The notes: generated by a model from the letters alone, not told the origin. Shown: positions 26,044-40,621, numbered from the stretch's first letter. The stretch is 64,000 bases of DNA from Octopus vulgaris (GCA_951406725.2 OX597825.1:27156001-27220000); one strand, 5' to 3'. Program-made: numbers and translations.

Positions 26044-27392
26044 CGTGTGTGCGTGTGTGTGTGTATTGTATCTAATAAAAGTAATTCAAAACAACGACTT
26101 CGTATCGTACTCAATATAAATCCATCGGTAAAAATCAAATTTTCAAATTTACAACTGCGGAAGTCGTCTGCAGAAGACATCTCATATAAACAGACACGAA
26201 CACAAGAATCGTCCAAGCAGAAGTTAGCAAGAATTTTAAACTTAGACTTTCCCATTGGCGTCTATTCACAGCCAACCGTGTGCATAGTCGAAACCTCTCT
26301 CCTGTGGTAGAGAGAAAAAGTCTTTAAATTTTTATTGAATTTTTGAATGGCCACTCAACTGGAAATGGCGGATACATGCAGAAGAAATATAAAGTTCAAA
26401 TAGTAATCAAAATATCGTACTTAATGCAGATACTACATCATTGAAAGTCTAATTTACAGTGCTATTAGACAGAGATAATACCAATTCTGGACGTATAGTG
26501 TACAAAGCACTATATCGGAAGATTTTGTATATCATACCAAAGGCATCGGACGAGATCACAAGATGTAATTCCGCCTCAACGCGCTTCTTCAATGTCCTGT
26601 CCTCATAGTGAACCGTATGCGTCAAGTAGATTTTTCCTCAGCAGTTCTTTGGAAATTAGCGAAAATTATCCACTGTTATTGTAAACAGCCACCCGGCTGA
26701 ATAAATTAGTTATATCCAAGAGATGTAATATTAAATGAAAATAGCCATTTAGGTATCATTGTTCGAGTAAATGCGCTGTTAGAATGCAATTATACTGCGT
26801 TGTTCGTCTGGAAAGAGTATATCCACAAAGGCCAACGAAGCAGGAGTACATTGGGTGACATTTGCCAGTAGCTACTAGGATTAAATTTCGTCTCCTACGA
26901 TATATATTTCGTTTTAAATACTGTTGTAAATTATCTCCCATGAATATAACAGTAAATTCTACATTGAATGATATATTTAATGTAAGTATGATTGGCCGAT
27001 GGCTATTTTAACATTAAAATGATATGTTTTTAAACCTCAGCCTACAAAACTAAAAATATTGCTTACCGACGCCTTCCGACTATTTCCATTTGCGCTACAC
27101 TATTTCCCGACTATTTCCAGTTCATCAGCTTCAAAATTCAAGAACCTTCCAAATTCATCTCCACAACAAACGCTTATATTTCTCAATGTATGTGTGTATA
27201 TATACATCCATATAATAATGCGTATGTGTGCGAGTATGTATGATTCTGCATGTGTATCATGTTATCCTCTTCTGTCTACAACCGACACCACCTTATCTAA
27301 AACTTCAAACAAAATACATCTCACGTTCCTGCATTACTTCTGTCTCCATCTCTCTTTCTGTCTTTCTTCCTTTCTTTCTTTCTATCTGTCTT

Positions 27393-27424
<32 letters not shown>

Positions 27425-28181
27425 TCTCATGTACCTACCTCACAATTTGACATTCGTTCACATCGTCTCCACCGTCAAAGAATAACAAACAACTAGAGTT
27501 ATCAGTTTTTTTGCTAGCATAACTCGTGGAAATTTCGCAAGTGTAGCTTGTGTGTGCGAAGGTGTTTTTTTCGCGAGTTTGGTAACAAATGGGTGCGTTT
27601 ATGATATCATGACTCCTGATTTAAATCATCTCCACAAAATGTAGGTGAAGGAATAAAAAAAAATTCATATTTCAGATTTTATCTAGAAATCCTTTCTCTG
27701 AAGACTTTACAACAAAATAATTTAAAGAAAGCAATTTTATCTTATATATCAGAACTTATATGCTCCTTTTTATTTTCTCGTTTCTGAATCTTCTCATCAT
27801 TTTTCTCCTGTAAATATGATATGTTTCGAATAAATAATATGTTTGACACGCAGGCATATGGTTGTCTGATGTACCTGCCATTAAGAAAATCCTTCAGAGC
27901 ATCAGCAATATAGAGAAATGCTATTTTGTTATATCTATAATCTGATCTTTACGAAAGATGGCATCGTCTTTGAAAGGTGATGAAACGCTGTGGCTTCCTA
28001 AGTGACGTCGATGAAATAGCTTGATACATGATATAGGCAAACTGGTGAGGAAATGCAGCATGCACGCTGTAAGGATCAAGAATTCGTACATGTATTTATA
28101 TGTGTGTGTGTGTGTTTGTGGAGAGAGATAGAGATAGAGAGAGACAGACAGACAGACAGACAGATAAAGAAATGTGTGTGT

Positions 28182-28491
28182 GGGGGCGTAATGGCCCAGT
28201 GGTTAGCGCAGCAGACTCGCGGTCGTAGCATCGCGATTTCGATTACAAGACCGGGCGTTGTGAGTGTTTATTGCGCGGAAACACCTAAAAGCTCCACGAG
28301 TCTCCGGCAGTGGGTGGTGTCAATCCCTGCTGTACTCTTTCACCGCAACTTTCTCTCACTCTTTCTTCCGTTGGCCTGCTCGATTAGCCAGCGGGGTGGC
28401 GTCATTTGAAGGAAGCTAAAACAATGCAAAGCGCATTGTGACTTGCGATGTGTAGCAACATCTGATAGCCTGGTCGATCACGGTGATCACG

Positions 28492-28495
<4 letters not shown>
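28182..28495 (+). mobile_element. tRNA-derived SINE family C, full length
   Basis: tRNA head GGGGGCGTAATGGCCCAGTGGTTAGCGC..TTTCGATT; tail GATCACGGTGATCACGGTGA + (TA)n. Confidence 0.9.
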
Positions 28496-28526
<31 letters not shown>

Positions 28527-28530
<4 letters not shown>

Positions 28531-28620
28531 GAAGATTCACGAAAAGAAAACAAAAGACGAAAGCAGGTGGTGTAGGCAACAAAAAGATGTATTAGTTTAA
28601 CGGTCAGTAAGTGAAAAAGT
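28527..28620 (-). mobile_element. Family D pLTR 3' fragment
   Basis: GGGAAGATTCACGAAAAGAAAACAAAAGACGAAAGCAGGTGG is the reverse complement of the family D 3' end. Confidence 0.75.
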
Positions 28621-28625
28621 ATAGA

Positions 28626-28872
28626 CACAGACATGCAGGAAGTAAATAGACACATTTATTTTTCAAAATTTGTGATGTAAGCCTCTTAATATCTTTTCAG
28701 TGGTGTATAATTTCCAATGTAATAATTATTTTCCATTCCAGATACCATTATATTAAACATTTGCGAAGAGTAACCATGCCACGCACAAAATATTCAGCTG
28801 AACTGTCAGATTTCCAAAGAGGTCGTATTGTAAGATAATCTGAATTTAAAAACTGTAAAGGGAATGTCAACT
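28626..28872 (+). mobile_element. Tc1-like transposon 5' fragment
   Basis: TIR CACAGACATGCAGGAAGTAAATAGACAC; 28776-28838 encodes MPRTKYSAELSDFQRGRIVR*, a Tc1 transposase N-terminus; same family as 50351-50866. Confidence 0.8.
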
Positions 28873-28991
28873 AAATACTAAAGTATATAGTCCTACATGT
28901 CGATTACATTTCAATTATTCAATTTGAGTATTAAATAAAGCTTTTGAAAATTAAAGGATTAAATGCCTCAATTCACTTCCTGCATGCCTGT

Positions 28992-29085
<94 letters not shown>

Positions 29086-29087
<2 letters not shown>

Positions 29088-29349
29088 AGGCGCAATGGCC
29101 TAGTGGTTAGGGCCCGGTTTCGATTCCCAGACCGGGCGTTGTGAGTGTTTATTGAGCGAAACACCTAAAAGCTCCGCGATGCTCCGGCAGGGGGGTGTTG
29201 ATCCCTGCTGTAATCTTTCACCACTCTTTCTCCCACTCTTTCTTCTGTTGGCCTGCTTGCTTAGCCAGCGGGGTGGCGTCATTCAAAGGATAAAACAATG
29301 CGAACAATGTGACCAGCGATGTGTAACAACATCTGATGGTCTGGTCGGT

Positions 29350-29356
<7 letters not shown>
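29086..29356 (+). mobile_element. SINE family C in (TA)n
   Basis: Head GGAGGCGCAATGGCCTAGTGGTTAGG; (TA)n on both sides. Confidence 0.9.
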
Positions 29357-29439
<83 letters not shown>

Positions 29440-29822
29440 AATCCACCGCATAACCGTAAATTGACGTGTTGCTTGTTGGTATTAAACGGGTTCCAGACTA
29501 AAATGATGGAAATGAAAGACTGAAGTTCCGTTGAAATCACCCACGGCGAGACTTTACATAGAGATCTAACTCATTTGATGCAAGCACTACTATTGGTTAA
29601 CAACATATATCTACAGTTTGACACGATACAAGTTGCTATGAATTCACTTGATGAATCGCTATTGTTCAGTAATACTAAAGAACAGTGTATATGTCTGTCA
29701 GCTGGCATACCTCTCGTAAACTATTAGTTCATATGTCTTCAAAGCCATATAATTGGTATATGTGCATGTACACATACACATATATACAAACACACACACA
29801 CACTGACTCACTCCTATATAAC

Positions 29823-29948
<126 letters not shown>

Positions 29949-31829
29949 GCATGTATAAATTCTTTAAAACCGACAATATGAAGTCTTACTTTGCTATTCT
30001 TCAACTTTTCAACTTAATGATTTTGCAGTATTGAGTAGTACCCCATTCGTCAATTTACTTTCTCTTTTGAAAATGCCGTCAGAGTAATATTAAAAATTTA
30101 ATACTTGATCAATCGGTGTACAGAATATACATTACAGGATTCACTTCTCTCTGTCATCGTTCACCCCCAGTCATTAAAGAATGATTTAAAACCTAGTTTA
30201 TCATCGTAAGTAACACATTATTACATATTAAACGCCGATGCCGGATTCCGGTTTCTGGTTTCAAATATAGAAGTTATTTTTATCTTCGTAAACGTCATTT
30301 CAAAATGCTACGACTACAAAAATTTTCTTTTGCAAAATTTTTACATTTAAGAAAATCAATAGAAATGTTGAAAGCCAAATTTAAATGTCTGAATGGATGT
30401 AATATATTCATACGAATCTCATATCTCTGTTAAAGCTATTTAGATTGGTATAATCTGCATAATATTGTAGAAGAATCATAATTGATGATAGTCGCATTAA
30501 ACTGACATGAAACTTGCTAAACCTAATTTTAATATAAGTATAACGTGCTGTTCAGCCTCATTCATTCCGTCTAATTTTTAGGAGAAAATGTTATGCCTAT
30601 GATGCTTTATAATGCCTCCGCGACTCGTGAAAATGAGAGTGAAATGTATCCTCACGCTGGCGAAAGACGTCGCCTAAAAACTCGCAAGTAATAGACTCCG
30701 CTAATATCAAACAAAGACTTGAACGTTTCGTTAAAAACAGAGTGGCCAAGTAATTCTATAACCTATTTATCTCTTTGGTTAATGCGATATAATTAAAAGA
30801 ATTTCGCCTCTCGAAGGCAATCAATGTATATTAACTTTCGCAGGCTCTTAAAAGCAAGTTGGTGATGATAACTGAATGAAATCTACGCGATTTAACTTTA
30901 AATTTGTACAAAATGCTGAGATGTCTCCAAAAAGAGAATACAATTACTTGTTGTATAAAATAGATTTTGAGGGAAAGGATTTTGTATTATCACTTAATTG
31001 AAGATAGAATAGGATCGGCAAAGAGGTGGAAAGTAAATTGTACTCAATAGATTTGGATAGCAGGCTTACGTACAATGCAAAACAAGTTTACGGAAACATC
31101 TTCCCCTTTTTAATATTGTTGCGGAATGTGGAGTCAGTTTTGATAGCCACTGCTGTCTGGTGTAACCAGATCTCATCCGCTAAGTACTGGCCCACGTCAT
31201 TTACCAGTCTTTTTATTATTATTACTATTACCAATCACTAATCTCTCAAACGATGCTAAATACGAGCTCACTAGAGTGTGATGCAAAGCACTAAAGATGT
31301 CTACAAGCCGCTGCGTGGACATTTTCAGTCAAATTTCCTGAAATATTTTTTCAAATTCAAGCATATTTCTAAACCGTTGAATACACCAGTTAATCGTGGG
31401 ATGTCTTTAACTCAGTTTCTGGTATAATAATCGTAATGCAAAAGAACCATTTTAAGTTCTGGATGAAGGATGTCTTCATTAAACTGAACTAGACGTCCTG
31501 GAATTCATTTAAATGTCACATAACCCTTTCTACGCCTTTTCAAACACCTTCGACGGGAGTTTTAGCTTATGATTTTTCTTCCATGAATACCTTGAATATT
31601 TTTTGCTCGTTTATCTTACATTGTTACATTGTCTGATATCATAATCTTTTGATACGTTCAACTTATAAAAGAAGCCGTAATTGACGTGGATAATATGAAC
31701 TGTAACAGCATTATTTCTTTTTCACTTCTTAATTATTTCATGACAGTGAGTACTATACTCATTTATGTAGTTAAAATAACAGGCAAGGCTAATGAGAATA
31801 CGGATGTCTGATTATGCACAATATTTACA

Positions 31830-31990
31830 GTGAGCTTGAAGAATAGTTAGTTCGCCGGGCAAACGTTCTCACGTTCTGACATCGAAATTCATCGAGGCCG
31901 ACTTTGCCTTTCATCCAGTTCGGAATCGTTAAGTTAAATATTAATTGAGCATTGCGGTCCAAATAATCGACACCCAATCCCTCGAAGTTA
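31830..31990 (+). mobile_element. SINE family B, diverged copy
   Basis: GTTAGTTCGCCGGGC..GAGGCCGACTTTGCCTTTCATCC. Confidence 0.7.
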
Positions 31991-32691
31991 AAATCAATAT
32001 CTAATGGATTCCACACTCTATATTTTAGCTGTACACCATAGGATACTTTGAGGATATTCGGATTTCAAATTTCGTTTATGTCAATGATATGTGTTTAAAG
32101 GTGATACACTTCAATACTAGAACATATCCAGAAAGTTTAATGACAGTGAATAGAGTTATGCATGATTTAGGTCATTACATGGTTAAAACAAAATATACAA
32201 GATAAAATGTTTAGAGTGTTATAGACAATGTTTTAGAGCATTTGGCAATTAGAGAGTCAATGATTTAACATCTACATATTGAAACTCTCTTGTGAGTAGA
32301 CACTTCCGAATCTACCTCTCCGAGCAGCAGTTTTCATTCTACAAATAAATAAGTATTATATCTACTGCTTAAACTTTTCATATACATGACCCTTGGTAGT
32401 TATATATATTCAGATTCAGTAAGTCATGTGATTATGAAGGTTAGTGGTCGTAAAAATGTCGTAGTTCAGTTAGCGGAATACACACACGTTGATCAACAAA
32501 AATACATTCTCTAGAGGCAAGCACTTATTTATCATAACATGTCTACCATTCTGTCTCTCTGAAGACCTACCTTTCTACTTCATATCATTTTGTTCATACA
32601 GGTATGTATGTATGCATGCATGCATGTATGTATGTATATATGTATATATTCATCTATCTATCGATGTAAATATGTATGTAAGTATGTATGT

Positions 32692-32783
<92 letters not shown>

Positions 32784-32890
32784 GTATATATATAATGTTA
32801 GTGCCTTGTATTATATAAATATGTGTTTATATGCGTCTATGTGTATGGGTGTTTGATTTAATATACAAACACGCATACCTACGCACAAAC

Positions 32891-32933
<43 letters not shown>

Positions 32934-34097
32934 TACGTACATATATATAATACATCGCCGTTCCCGATATGAACATTTGCTAGACATCTACACAGCGCAA
33001 CTAGACATTAATAATACATACATTAATAAACAATGGTTTTGACAAGTAAACCGATATTTCTCATTTTACAGCGGCCAAATAGCAATTCTGAAAACAAACT
33101 CATAAGTATATGTTTATTACCGTAAAGTTCTCCAGGTGATTATGCAAGAAGATATTCAACCAAATAATACCGTTTTAAGTATCTATGAGGAATCGATATT
33201 ACAGGATTGTTTCACAAATATACAGAGCATAAAATATGTCTAAGCTTCAAGTAAAGTCCCACTAACCCACATATCGTAAAATATATTTAGGCTTGTCTAT
33301 GGTGTTCAACTAACGTGCTCATCATAAAATATATTTAAGCACCAATATATAGTTAGACGATGACAATAAAAACGAATATTAAACGATGCTCTGTACAAAT
33401 AAATCTCAACAAAGTAGTTTACTGATAGTATAAATAATTTAGTGAACGTAGTCATTATTTTCGTATATTTACTAGCGTTTATGAAACGTTATTAATTCAA
33501 CGCCAATGAATCTAAAAGAATGTTTCATTACACAATAAAGCAGCCTGTAAACAAATATGTTAGTTTGTAATAAAAACATGTATGGATGACTTTAACTGCT
33601 ATAATATAACACACAAATTGCATTGTAATTCATGCATTGTTTTAATATTTTGCTTCAAATATCTTTAAAATAATTACCGAGTGAACAACACTAAAGTACA
33701 AGTTATTGATGACAATATTGGCTTCCAACGCAATTTCTAGCAAATATTCTCTATGTTTTTAAACATAGCAACAACTGTGCTATAAAATCTGCCGCGTTCA
33801 AATATTACTCCTGAGATAAGTTAAAGTATTTTTCATTAAATTACTATTCAAACTATTTAATCGGCGGAATTGTAAATCCCCGAACACCACACAGAAGCCC
33901 TCAGAAACATACATACATTCATGCATACATACATATATTTATACTTATATACATACATATATGTATATGTATATGTATATAACTCAACGTCATAACAAAT
34001 ACTCCATTTCATTAGAAAATTCGGACCATGTTTAAATACCCTGGGCCAGGAGCATTAAAACAATATATTGGTTACCCAAAAAGAAAAAGAGAATTCT

Positions 34098-34351
34098 AGG
34101 AGTGGCTGTATGGTAAGTAGCTTGTTTACCAACCACATGGTTCCGGGTTCAGTCCCACTGCGTGGCACCTTGGGCAAGTGTTTTCTACTATAGCCTCGGG
34201 CCGACCAAAGCCTTGTGAGTGGATTTGGTAGACGGAAACTGAAAGAATAAGTACTGGGCTTACAAAAGAATAAGTCCCGGGGTCGAGTTGCTCGATTAAA
34301 GGCGGTGCTCCAGCATGGCCGCAATCAAATGACTGAAACAAGTAAAAGAGT
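34098..34351 (+). mobile_element. SINE family A lacking the internal microsatellite segment
   Basis: CTGAAAGAA is joined directly to TAAGTACTGGGCTTAC; the middle block seen in 42168-42593 is absent. Confidence 0.9.
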
Positions 34352-34361
34352 AACTCCAAAA

Positions 34362-34451
34362 ACCACTACCACTACCACAACAAACCCTACTACTACTGCA
34401 AACAATGGTCTCTGCTACTGCTGCTATTACAGCCAACGGTCATTTCCACTA

Positions 34452-34488
<37 letters not shown>

Positions 34489-34559
34489 CGCTGCTGCTGC
34501 TGCGGCTACTACTACTACTACTTCTACAACCACTACTACTACTACTGCTGCTGCTGCTG

Positions 34560-34592
<33 letters not shown>

Positions 34593-34680
34593 TCGCCAGT
34601 GATCTACTGCTACAGCTCCAACCACCAAGACCACCACCGTCACCTCTACTACTGCGACCAACGTCTCTGCTACTACTGCT
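34362..34680. repeat. (TAC)/(TGC)/(CAC) compound trinucleotide repeat
   Basis: Direct reading. Confidence 0.95.
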
Positions 34681-34748
34681 ATTACGGGCAGAAGTCAATT
34701 TCACTATTACAGTCAACGATTCTAGTCAACGCACAAGACAGTAAGAGT

Positions 34749-34779
<31 letters not shown>

Positions 34780-34993
34780 AGTTGAAGGGAACACGAGAAT
34801 AAAAGGGAAAACGATGGGAGAGAAAAACAGAAAGGAAGAACAAGAGAGGGAGACAGATAGACAGAAAACGTAGAATAAGAGTGCGCATCGTAATTATTAA
34901 GATAAAACTTACTTGGAAAAGGATGCGTGGCTTTCGATCACATCATAATATCAATAATGTATAAATATATGCATATATACATACACATACGTT

Positions 34994-35027
<34 letters not shown>

Positions 35028-35092
35028 TACATGCATACATGGGTTCAGGACATTAAAAAATTGGACGGAATGAGAAAGGAGAACACACACAG

Positions 35093-35131
<39 letters not shown>

Positions 35132-35139
35132 CACAATAA

Positions 35140-35618
35140 AGGGTGGAATATAATTAATTTAATAAAATTAATCAATTTCACCTAGTAGATTTATCGGTAA
35201 GGAAAAGACCATATTTGGTAAGGGTTATAATAATTATATTTAAGACTTAATTGCAACAAGTTGCTCAAAACCACATACCGAAAATATTAGAAATAGCAGC
35301 CAAAATTGATCACTATTTCCTCTACTAATAAAAAGTCTCCACAAACACAGAATTTGTAAGCTGTATATGGCAAAAAAGGCAGAAAATAACGAAATCCCAG
35401 CCTATGGATTAATTATAGACGAATCGTTTCTGGATTAGAAGCGAAGGTTCATTTCCTTGTCAATATAATATTTCCTATAGATCTAGAAATGCTAGGGGAA
35501 AAAACTCACCCGTTACACCAGCACGACCAGCGACATCGCTTGTGGAGACTTATTTATTAGTAGAGGAAATAGTGATCAATTTTGGCTGCTATTTCTAATA
35601 TTTTCGGTATGTGGTTTT
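35140..35618 (-). mobile_element. pLTR-like element with inverted 78-bp copy and decayed HHR
   Basis: 35267-35344 is a near-perfect inverse of 35540-35618; minus strand 35412-35469 reads AUUAUA-uugacaa-GGA..UCCA-GAAA-CGAUUCG-UC-UAUAAU. Confidence 0.7.
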
Positions 35619-35625
35619 ATATATG

Positions 35626-35660
<35 letters not shown>

Positions 35661-35691
35661 GTATATGTATATATGTTTATATATATATATA

Positions 35692-35980
35692 AAGGGAAAG
35701 TTTACGAAAATAAACAAAAGACGAAGGCAGGTGGACTACAAACAAACAAATGTATTAGTATAGCGCTCAGGAATAGAAAAAGTCTGTTACGTTTCGAGCC
35801 TACGCTCTTCGACAGAAAGTTACACAGAAAAAAACAAGGAGAGAAAAAAGTGCGTGTAGTAGCTAACGATCTATCATGGCGTCCTGACTTCGGACAATGG
35901 TCAGACGCGAGAGGGACAGTTGGGGAGATAACAGGGTCAAGTGACTTCCAATACGAAGGTGCCCCCAACAAATAGATGCG
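35692..35980 (-). mobile_element. Family D pLTR/retrozyme, longest copy
   Basis: Minus strand CTGTCGA-A-GAGC-GTAG-GCTC-GAAA-CG-TA; homology to the other copies runs to ~35885, then unique sequence and a G/T-rich tract. Confidence 0.75.
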
Positions 35981-36260
35981 TGTGTGTATAAGAGAGTATG
36001 TATGTGCGTGTGGAAGAGGGCTGGTGGTCTGGACGTGTGTGTGTATGTAAGTGTGGGTGTGGAGATGTTGGGATGGGTTTGTGGGTGGTGTGTTGTAATG
36101 TTGTATGGTGTAGTGTAGTGTGGTGTGATGTTGTGGGGCGGTGGGGGAGGCGAGAGTGGGGAAAGCACAGGTGATGTGTGGGTTCGGTTGGGGGTTGGGG
36201 TAGAGTAGGGGTTGTGGGTAGGTAGAGGGTGGGGTTAGAGGTGAGGTATATATACATATA

Positions 36261-36414
36261 TACGACGGACTTCCTTCAGTTTCCGTCTCACACGACTTTG
36301 ATCGGCCTTAGACTATAGTAGAAGACTCTTGTCAAAGGTTTCATGCAGTTTGACTGAACCCGGAACATTGTGTTTGGCAAGCAAGCTACTTACCACAAAG
36401 CCACTCCTGCACCT
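36261..36414 (-). mobile_element. SINE family A 5' half
   Basis: Reverse complement of the head: AAGCTACTTACCACAAAGCCACTCCTGCACCT. Confidence 0.85.
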
Positions 36415-36601
36415 TGAAATTAACGTAGAAGTTGTTGAGCAATCCACTGACACGTATACCCTTAAAGTCATCCTCAATTTTGAAATTCTGTTCGTAGTCA
36501 TTTTGCCTGATGATGGGACTGAGATAACCGCTTTTTCTTTTATTTGTCTCCGTCTAAAAACCGAGTCAGGTAAAATATATACAGAAATAGAGAGAGAGAG
36601 A

Positions 36602-36635
<34 letters not shown>

Positions 36636-37493
36636 AAGAGTGGCAGATACTCAGACAGAGAAGAATTTACTTGTTTGACGCGTTACGGTATATAATACTA
36701 TAGTTTTAATAGTTCCACATCAATGCAGTTGTTAGTAGATTAAATATAAATTATAAGAGATATTTGCATTTTAAACACATTTGCTAAAGATGATATTTTG
36801 CTAGAAAAATATCCGAGTCATACACTGAAGAGCCTATAGTAGAGGTTTCAATCTTAAAACAATCTATGATTTCATGACATTTGTGCTGTCTGCAGTTTTT
36901 TCGCTTGATATATTGGTACTTAAAGGATTATTTCTGATATGAAGTTCCTTGGCGTGCCTCATCCCATCGGACATCCTTTGCGCTTATGGCATTAAATCCG
37001 CAGTAAAAATGTTACAAATACAGAAAATAGGTGTATGAAAACTTGTTATGCTTCTTGGACAGGAAATCCATTTGTGATTGCTCCAAGAGTATGGTAAACA
37101 TAAACTTCCCTCATATGTATGTATGTTTCTTTGGTTGTGTGTACATGTGTGTGCATATGCTTGTATGTTTGTGTGTGCCTAAGTGTGTGAGCGTGTACAT
37201 GTGAGTACGTGTGTGTGTATTGTATTCCAGCCTATTTTCTGGATTGAATACCTATTTACCTGAAAGTGATTTTCGTGATGTTTGGAGATATTTCTTATTC
37301 TACTATCATTCCTAACATGTGTGTCCTCTTTGATGTTTCATGACACTCTGACACGAGGAATAAATTTCGTCAAAAACTGAAATACATTGGACATCAGAGT
37401 ATTTAATGACATAAACCCAATGCTTTCGCCTGACATTAATTAATGAAATAAATATAATTATAAAATTTCAGGCTGTGTGCCTAAGCAGAAGGG

Positions 37494-37507
37494 ATTATTA
37501 TTATTAA

Positions 37508-37578
<71 letters not shown>

Positions 37579-37603
37579 TGGGAGTAATATTATTATTATA
37601 ATA

Positions 37604-37656
<53 letters not shown>

Positions 37657-38520
37657 CATTATTATTATCATTATTATTATCATCATTATCATCATCATCA
37701 TCATCATCATCATATGTACGATATCTGTGTTTCTACAAGTTGACCTCAAGTTTAACCCAGAAACCTCAAGAGAAAAACAAGTTATTTCAAGTTGGTGTTA
37801 TGACAATGGTTGCCATACTTCGGGCTTTTGCACAGAGTATTGTGCTAGAGAATGTCTTTCAAAACAAGTAAATTAAAAGATTGTTTTAAAAGTAATTTGC
37901 TTATAATATGATAGTGTGAAGTTAAGATGACAGTAAATGCTGTTTGCTATTATGTACATTTAAAAGTATTTTAACACTGTTTACAAGTTAAAATGTTTGG
38001 GGGATTATTTAGAGAATATTTCACGTAGGATATGACCATTTTTCTTGAACAGTATTTTTTATATTTCTCCTTTTTTTTTGGTTTTCCAGGTATCTGAGAT
38101 AGGTAGCACTCAGCCCATTTTGTTATCAATCCTGGGGCACCTATGACAAAAGGTAGTGTTTTAGCCTTAAGGTTCCACATTTTGCCAATTTCTATTTCAA
38201 GATCTTTATACTTGGTCAGGTCTTGACAGATACATTTATGTGGATTGGGACAGTCATATCTTTGCGGAGGCATGTGTTTTGTGTGAAGGACTTCAATATA
38301 ATGTCTGGCCTATTTGCATCTATCTTTCTGTCAGTTTGAACGATGAAGTTCCAGAGGAGTGAGATGTGATCATTTTCAAGCACTAGTGGTGGTTTGTCTT
38401 CCCACCGGTTTTTATCATGTGCCAGATCCACATTTTTGCAAATTAGCCAGTAAATATGCTCCCTTGCCCTATCACGCTTGTTGAGATACCTTCTAGGCGC
38501 AAGAACACTGAATAGCATTT
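37494..38520 (-). mobile_element. R4/Dong-type non-LTR retrotransposon 3' end (RLE endonuclease relic, 3'UTR, TAA/TGA tail)
   Basis: Frameshifted ..LLWNFIVQTDRKIDANRPDIIL..D.. / TKYKDLEIEIGKMWNLKAKTLPFVIGAPG, the PD..D..K..KY restriction-like endonuclease motifs; trinucleotide tail at 37494-37712. Confidence 0.88.
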
Positions 38521-38567
38521 GCGTACCAAAGGAATATTTTAGAGGGAAATATTATACACACACTGAA

Positions 38568-38643
<76 letters not shown>

Positions 38644-39469
38644 CTCTAATGCAAATGATACAGCAGAAATATTCGCTATTTTCCAGTAGGAATTTATAAT
38701 TTAAAGATAAGAGAAATTTTACGGATCTTTTCTTATCAAAAGAGGAGTGTTCTTAAATAATTTTAGGAAATGAAATGATTCCCGGTTAAACCAACGGCCA
38801 CAAAATGCAACAATGTATAAATAATGCAATTTGAGAAATTATCTATGATAATTACCTGGAAAATTTATGGAACTTAAAGACTCAAAGTCCCTAGAGTATG
38901 ATTAAATGATATAAAAATAAATACATGTTAGATATTAGATTGAAAAATCTACATATACATTCAGCATTAGAAACATAACACCCCCGGCTACTATATATAT
39001 ATATATATGGGGTCAAACTGTAAATGAAGAATTAAGTTCTTACAGTGAAAACGAAAACATTACAACTACAGTTACTTGCGACCCTCTGAAAATATGATGA
39101 GTAGAGGCTGTTGTATAATGTGTATCGTATTTTCATGTGATAATTAGACACTGAAATACAGCGCTTCTGCTCATTAACAAAAAGCGAGAAGGAATGAGAA
39201 AGGAGAAGGTGAGAACGTTTTACTCGATTGATCAGATATTTTGTAATTTCGAATCTGACGATTGCTTGTGGCACGCTACGATAGCTTTTGCGCGACCATC
39301 GCATTTCCAGGGGAATGGAAATAATGTAAGTCGAATTTAAACACGGTGCGTATCAAATGATATCCATCACTCAGTGGATGAAATACGTCTTTGTTGAACA
39401 TGTATGTGCATCTATGTCTATTTGTGTTTTTACGTATCTATATCTATAAATCTATGTATGTATCTATCT

Positions 39470-39815
<346 letters not shown>

Positions 39816-40429
39816 AGCTTTAGTTAAAAGAGTGAACAAAGAACTGTGTAAAATTGAATTCAGTGAGCGAGCTGAGATCTCTCCACGGAGAATTCTCAAA
39901 CGGACTAAATTATCCGGATCACCTGAAGTAACACGCACATTTAGGCATTTGTGATATTAACCACTATCCAAATGCTTGTCAAACGTTTCACAATGGCCAC
40001 ATTTGATGAGAGAAAAAACAAGATGAAAGGGTTTCTATGTACCTTCATTTGAACTTTCCCTTGAAAGTATTTTCGCACAGCCATATATATTACGTTTAGA
40101 TGTATGTGATCTACATAGAGTCATTCTGGCACTTTCTAACATTTATCGAATGACGTTCACCGTTCATTCAGCATATATTTTTGCTATGTCAGTTGCGTTA
40201 GGAGGAATTGTCACTGTTGTGTGAGCCTTTGTGAGTATGCTTTTTTGTCAAGGGAATTAAATTATCATTGCAACTGTAACAAACGTGCTAAAGACATGGT
40301 AGTTGTAAATGATTAGTCAATGTCGTTAGATAAAATCAAGGAATCACTTACGAATTGGTATTAAAGCTAAAATTGAAGCTTTACTATACGACTTCCATTT
40401 TCCACTCTTTTATCCTCGTATATGCTGCA

Positions 40430-40580
40430 TAGGTATAAATATGTTGCGTCATGAAGAAGCTTGTTTGCAACTAAGTGGTTTGAATTTCCCTCCTTTCCAC
40501 AGATGTTTGCGCAGTGTCTTGTACTATTCCGTGGGCCGACTAATGCTTATGAGTGAATAAAGTTGACAGAAACTACGTTG
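40430..40580 (+). mobile_element. SINE family A, old diverged copy
   Basis: AAGAAGCTTG..AGTGTCTT..GGGCCGACTAATGCTTATGAGTGAAT..GACAGAAACT. Confidence 0.6.
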
Positions 40581-40621
40581 TGTTATCTGTATGTATGTAT
40601 GTTGTATGTATGTATGTATGT

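Noticed and set aside
25848-26310. Long ORFs open on both strands
   Set aside because: Half microsatellite; no recognisable domain in the rest.
28182-28260. tRNA-like sequences (also 29086, 42168, 13469)
   Set aside because: SINE heads without a complete cloverleaf, continuing into SINE bodies.
30600-31560. Possible old Tc1-like transposase traces
   Set aside because: Only vague motif echoes; no frame could be reconstructed.
34305-34802. Poly-L/A/V/C/Y ORFs
   Set aside because: Compound trinucleotide repeat starting in a SINE tail.
36827-36850. CTGAAGA-GCCT..AGG hammerhead-like start
   Set aside because: No GAAA box or cleavage triplet in register.
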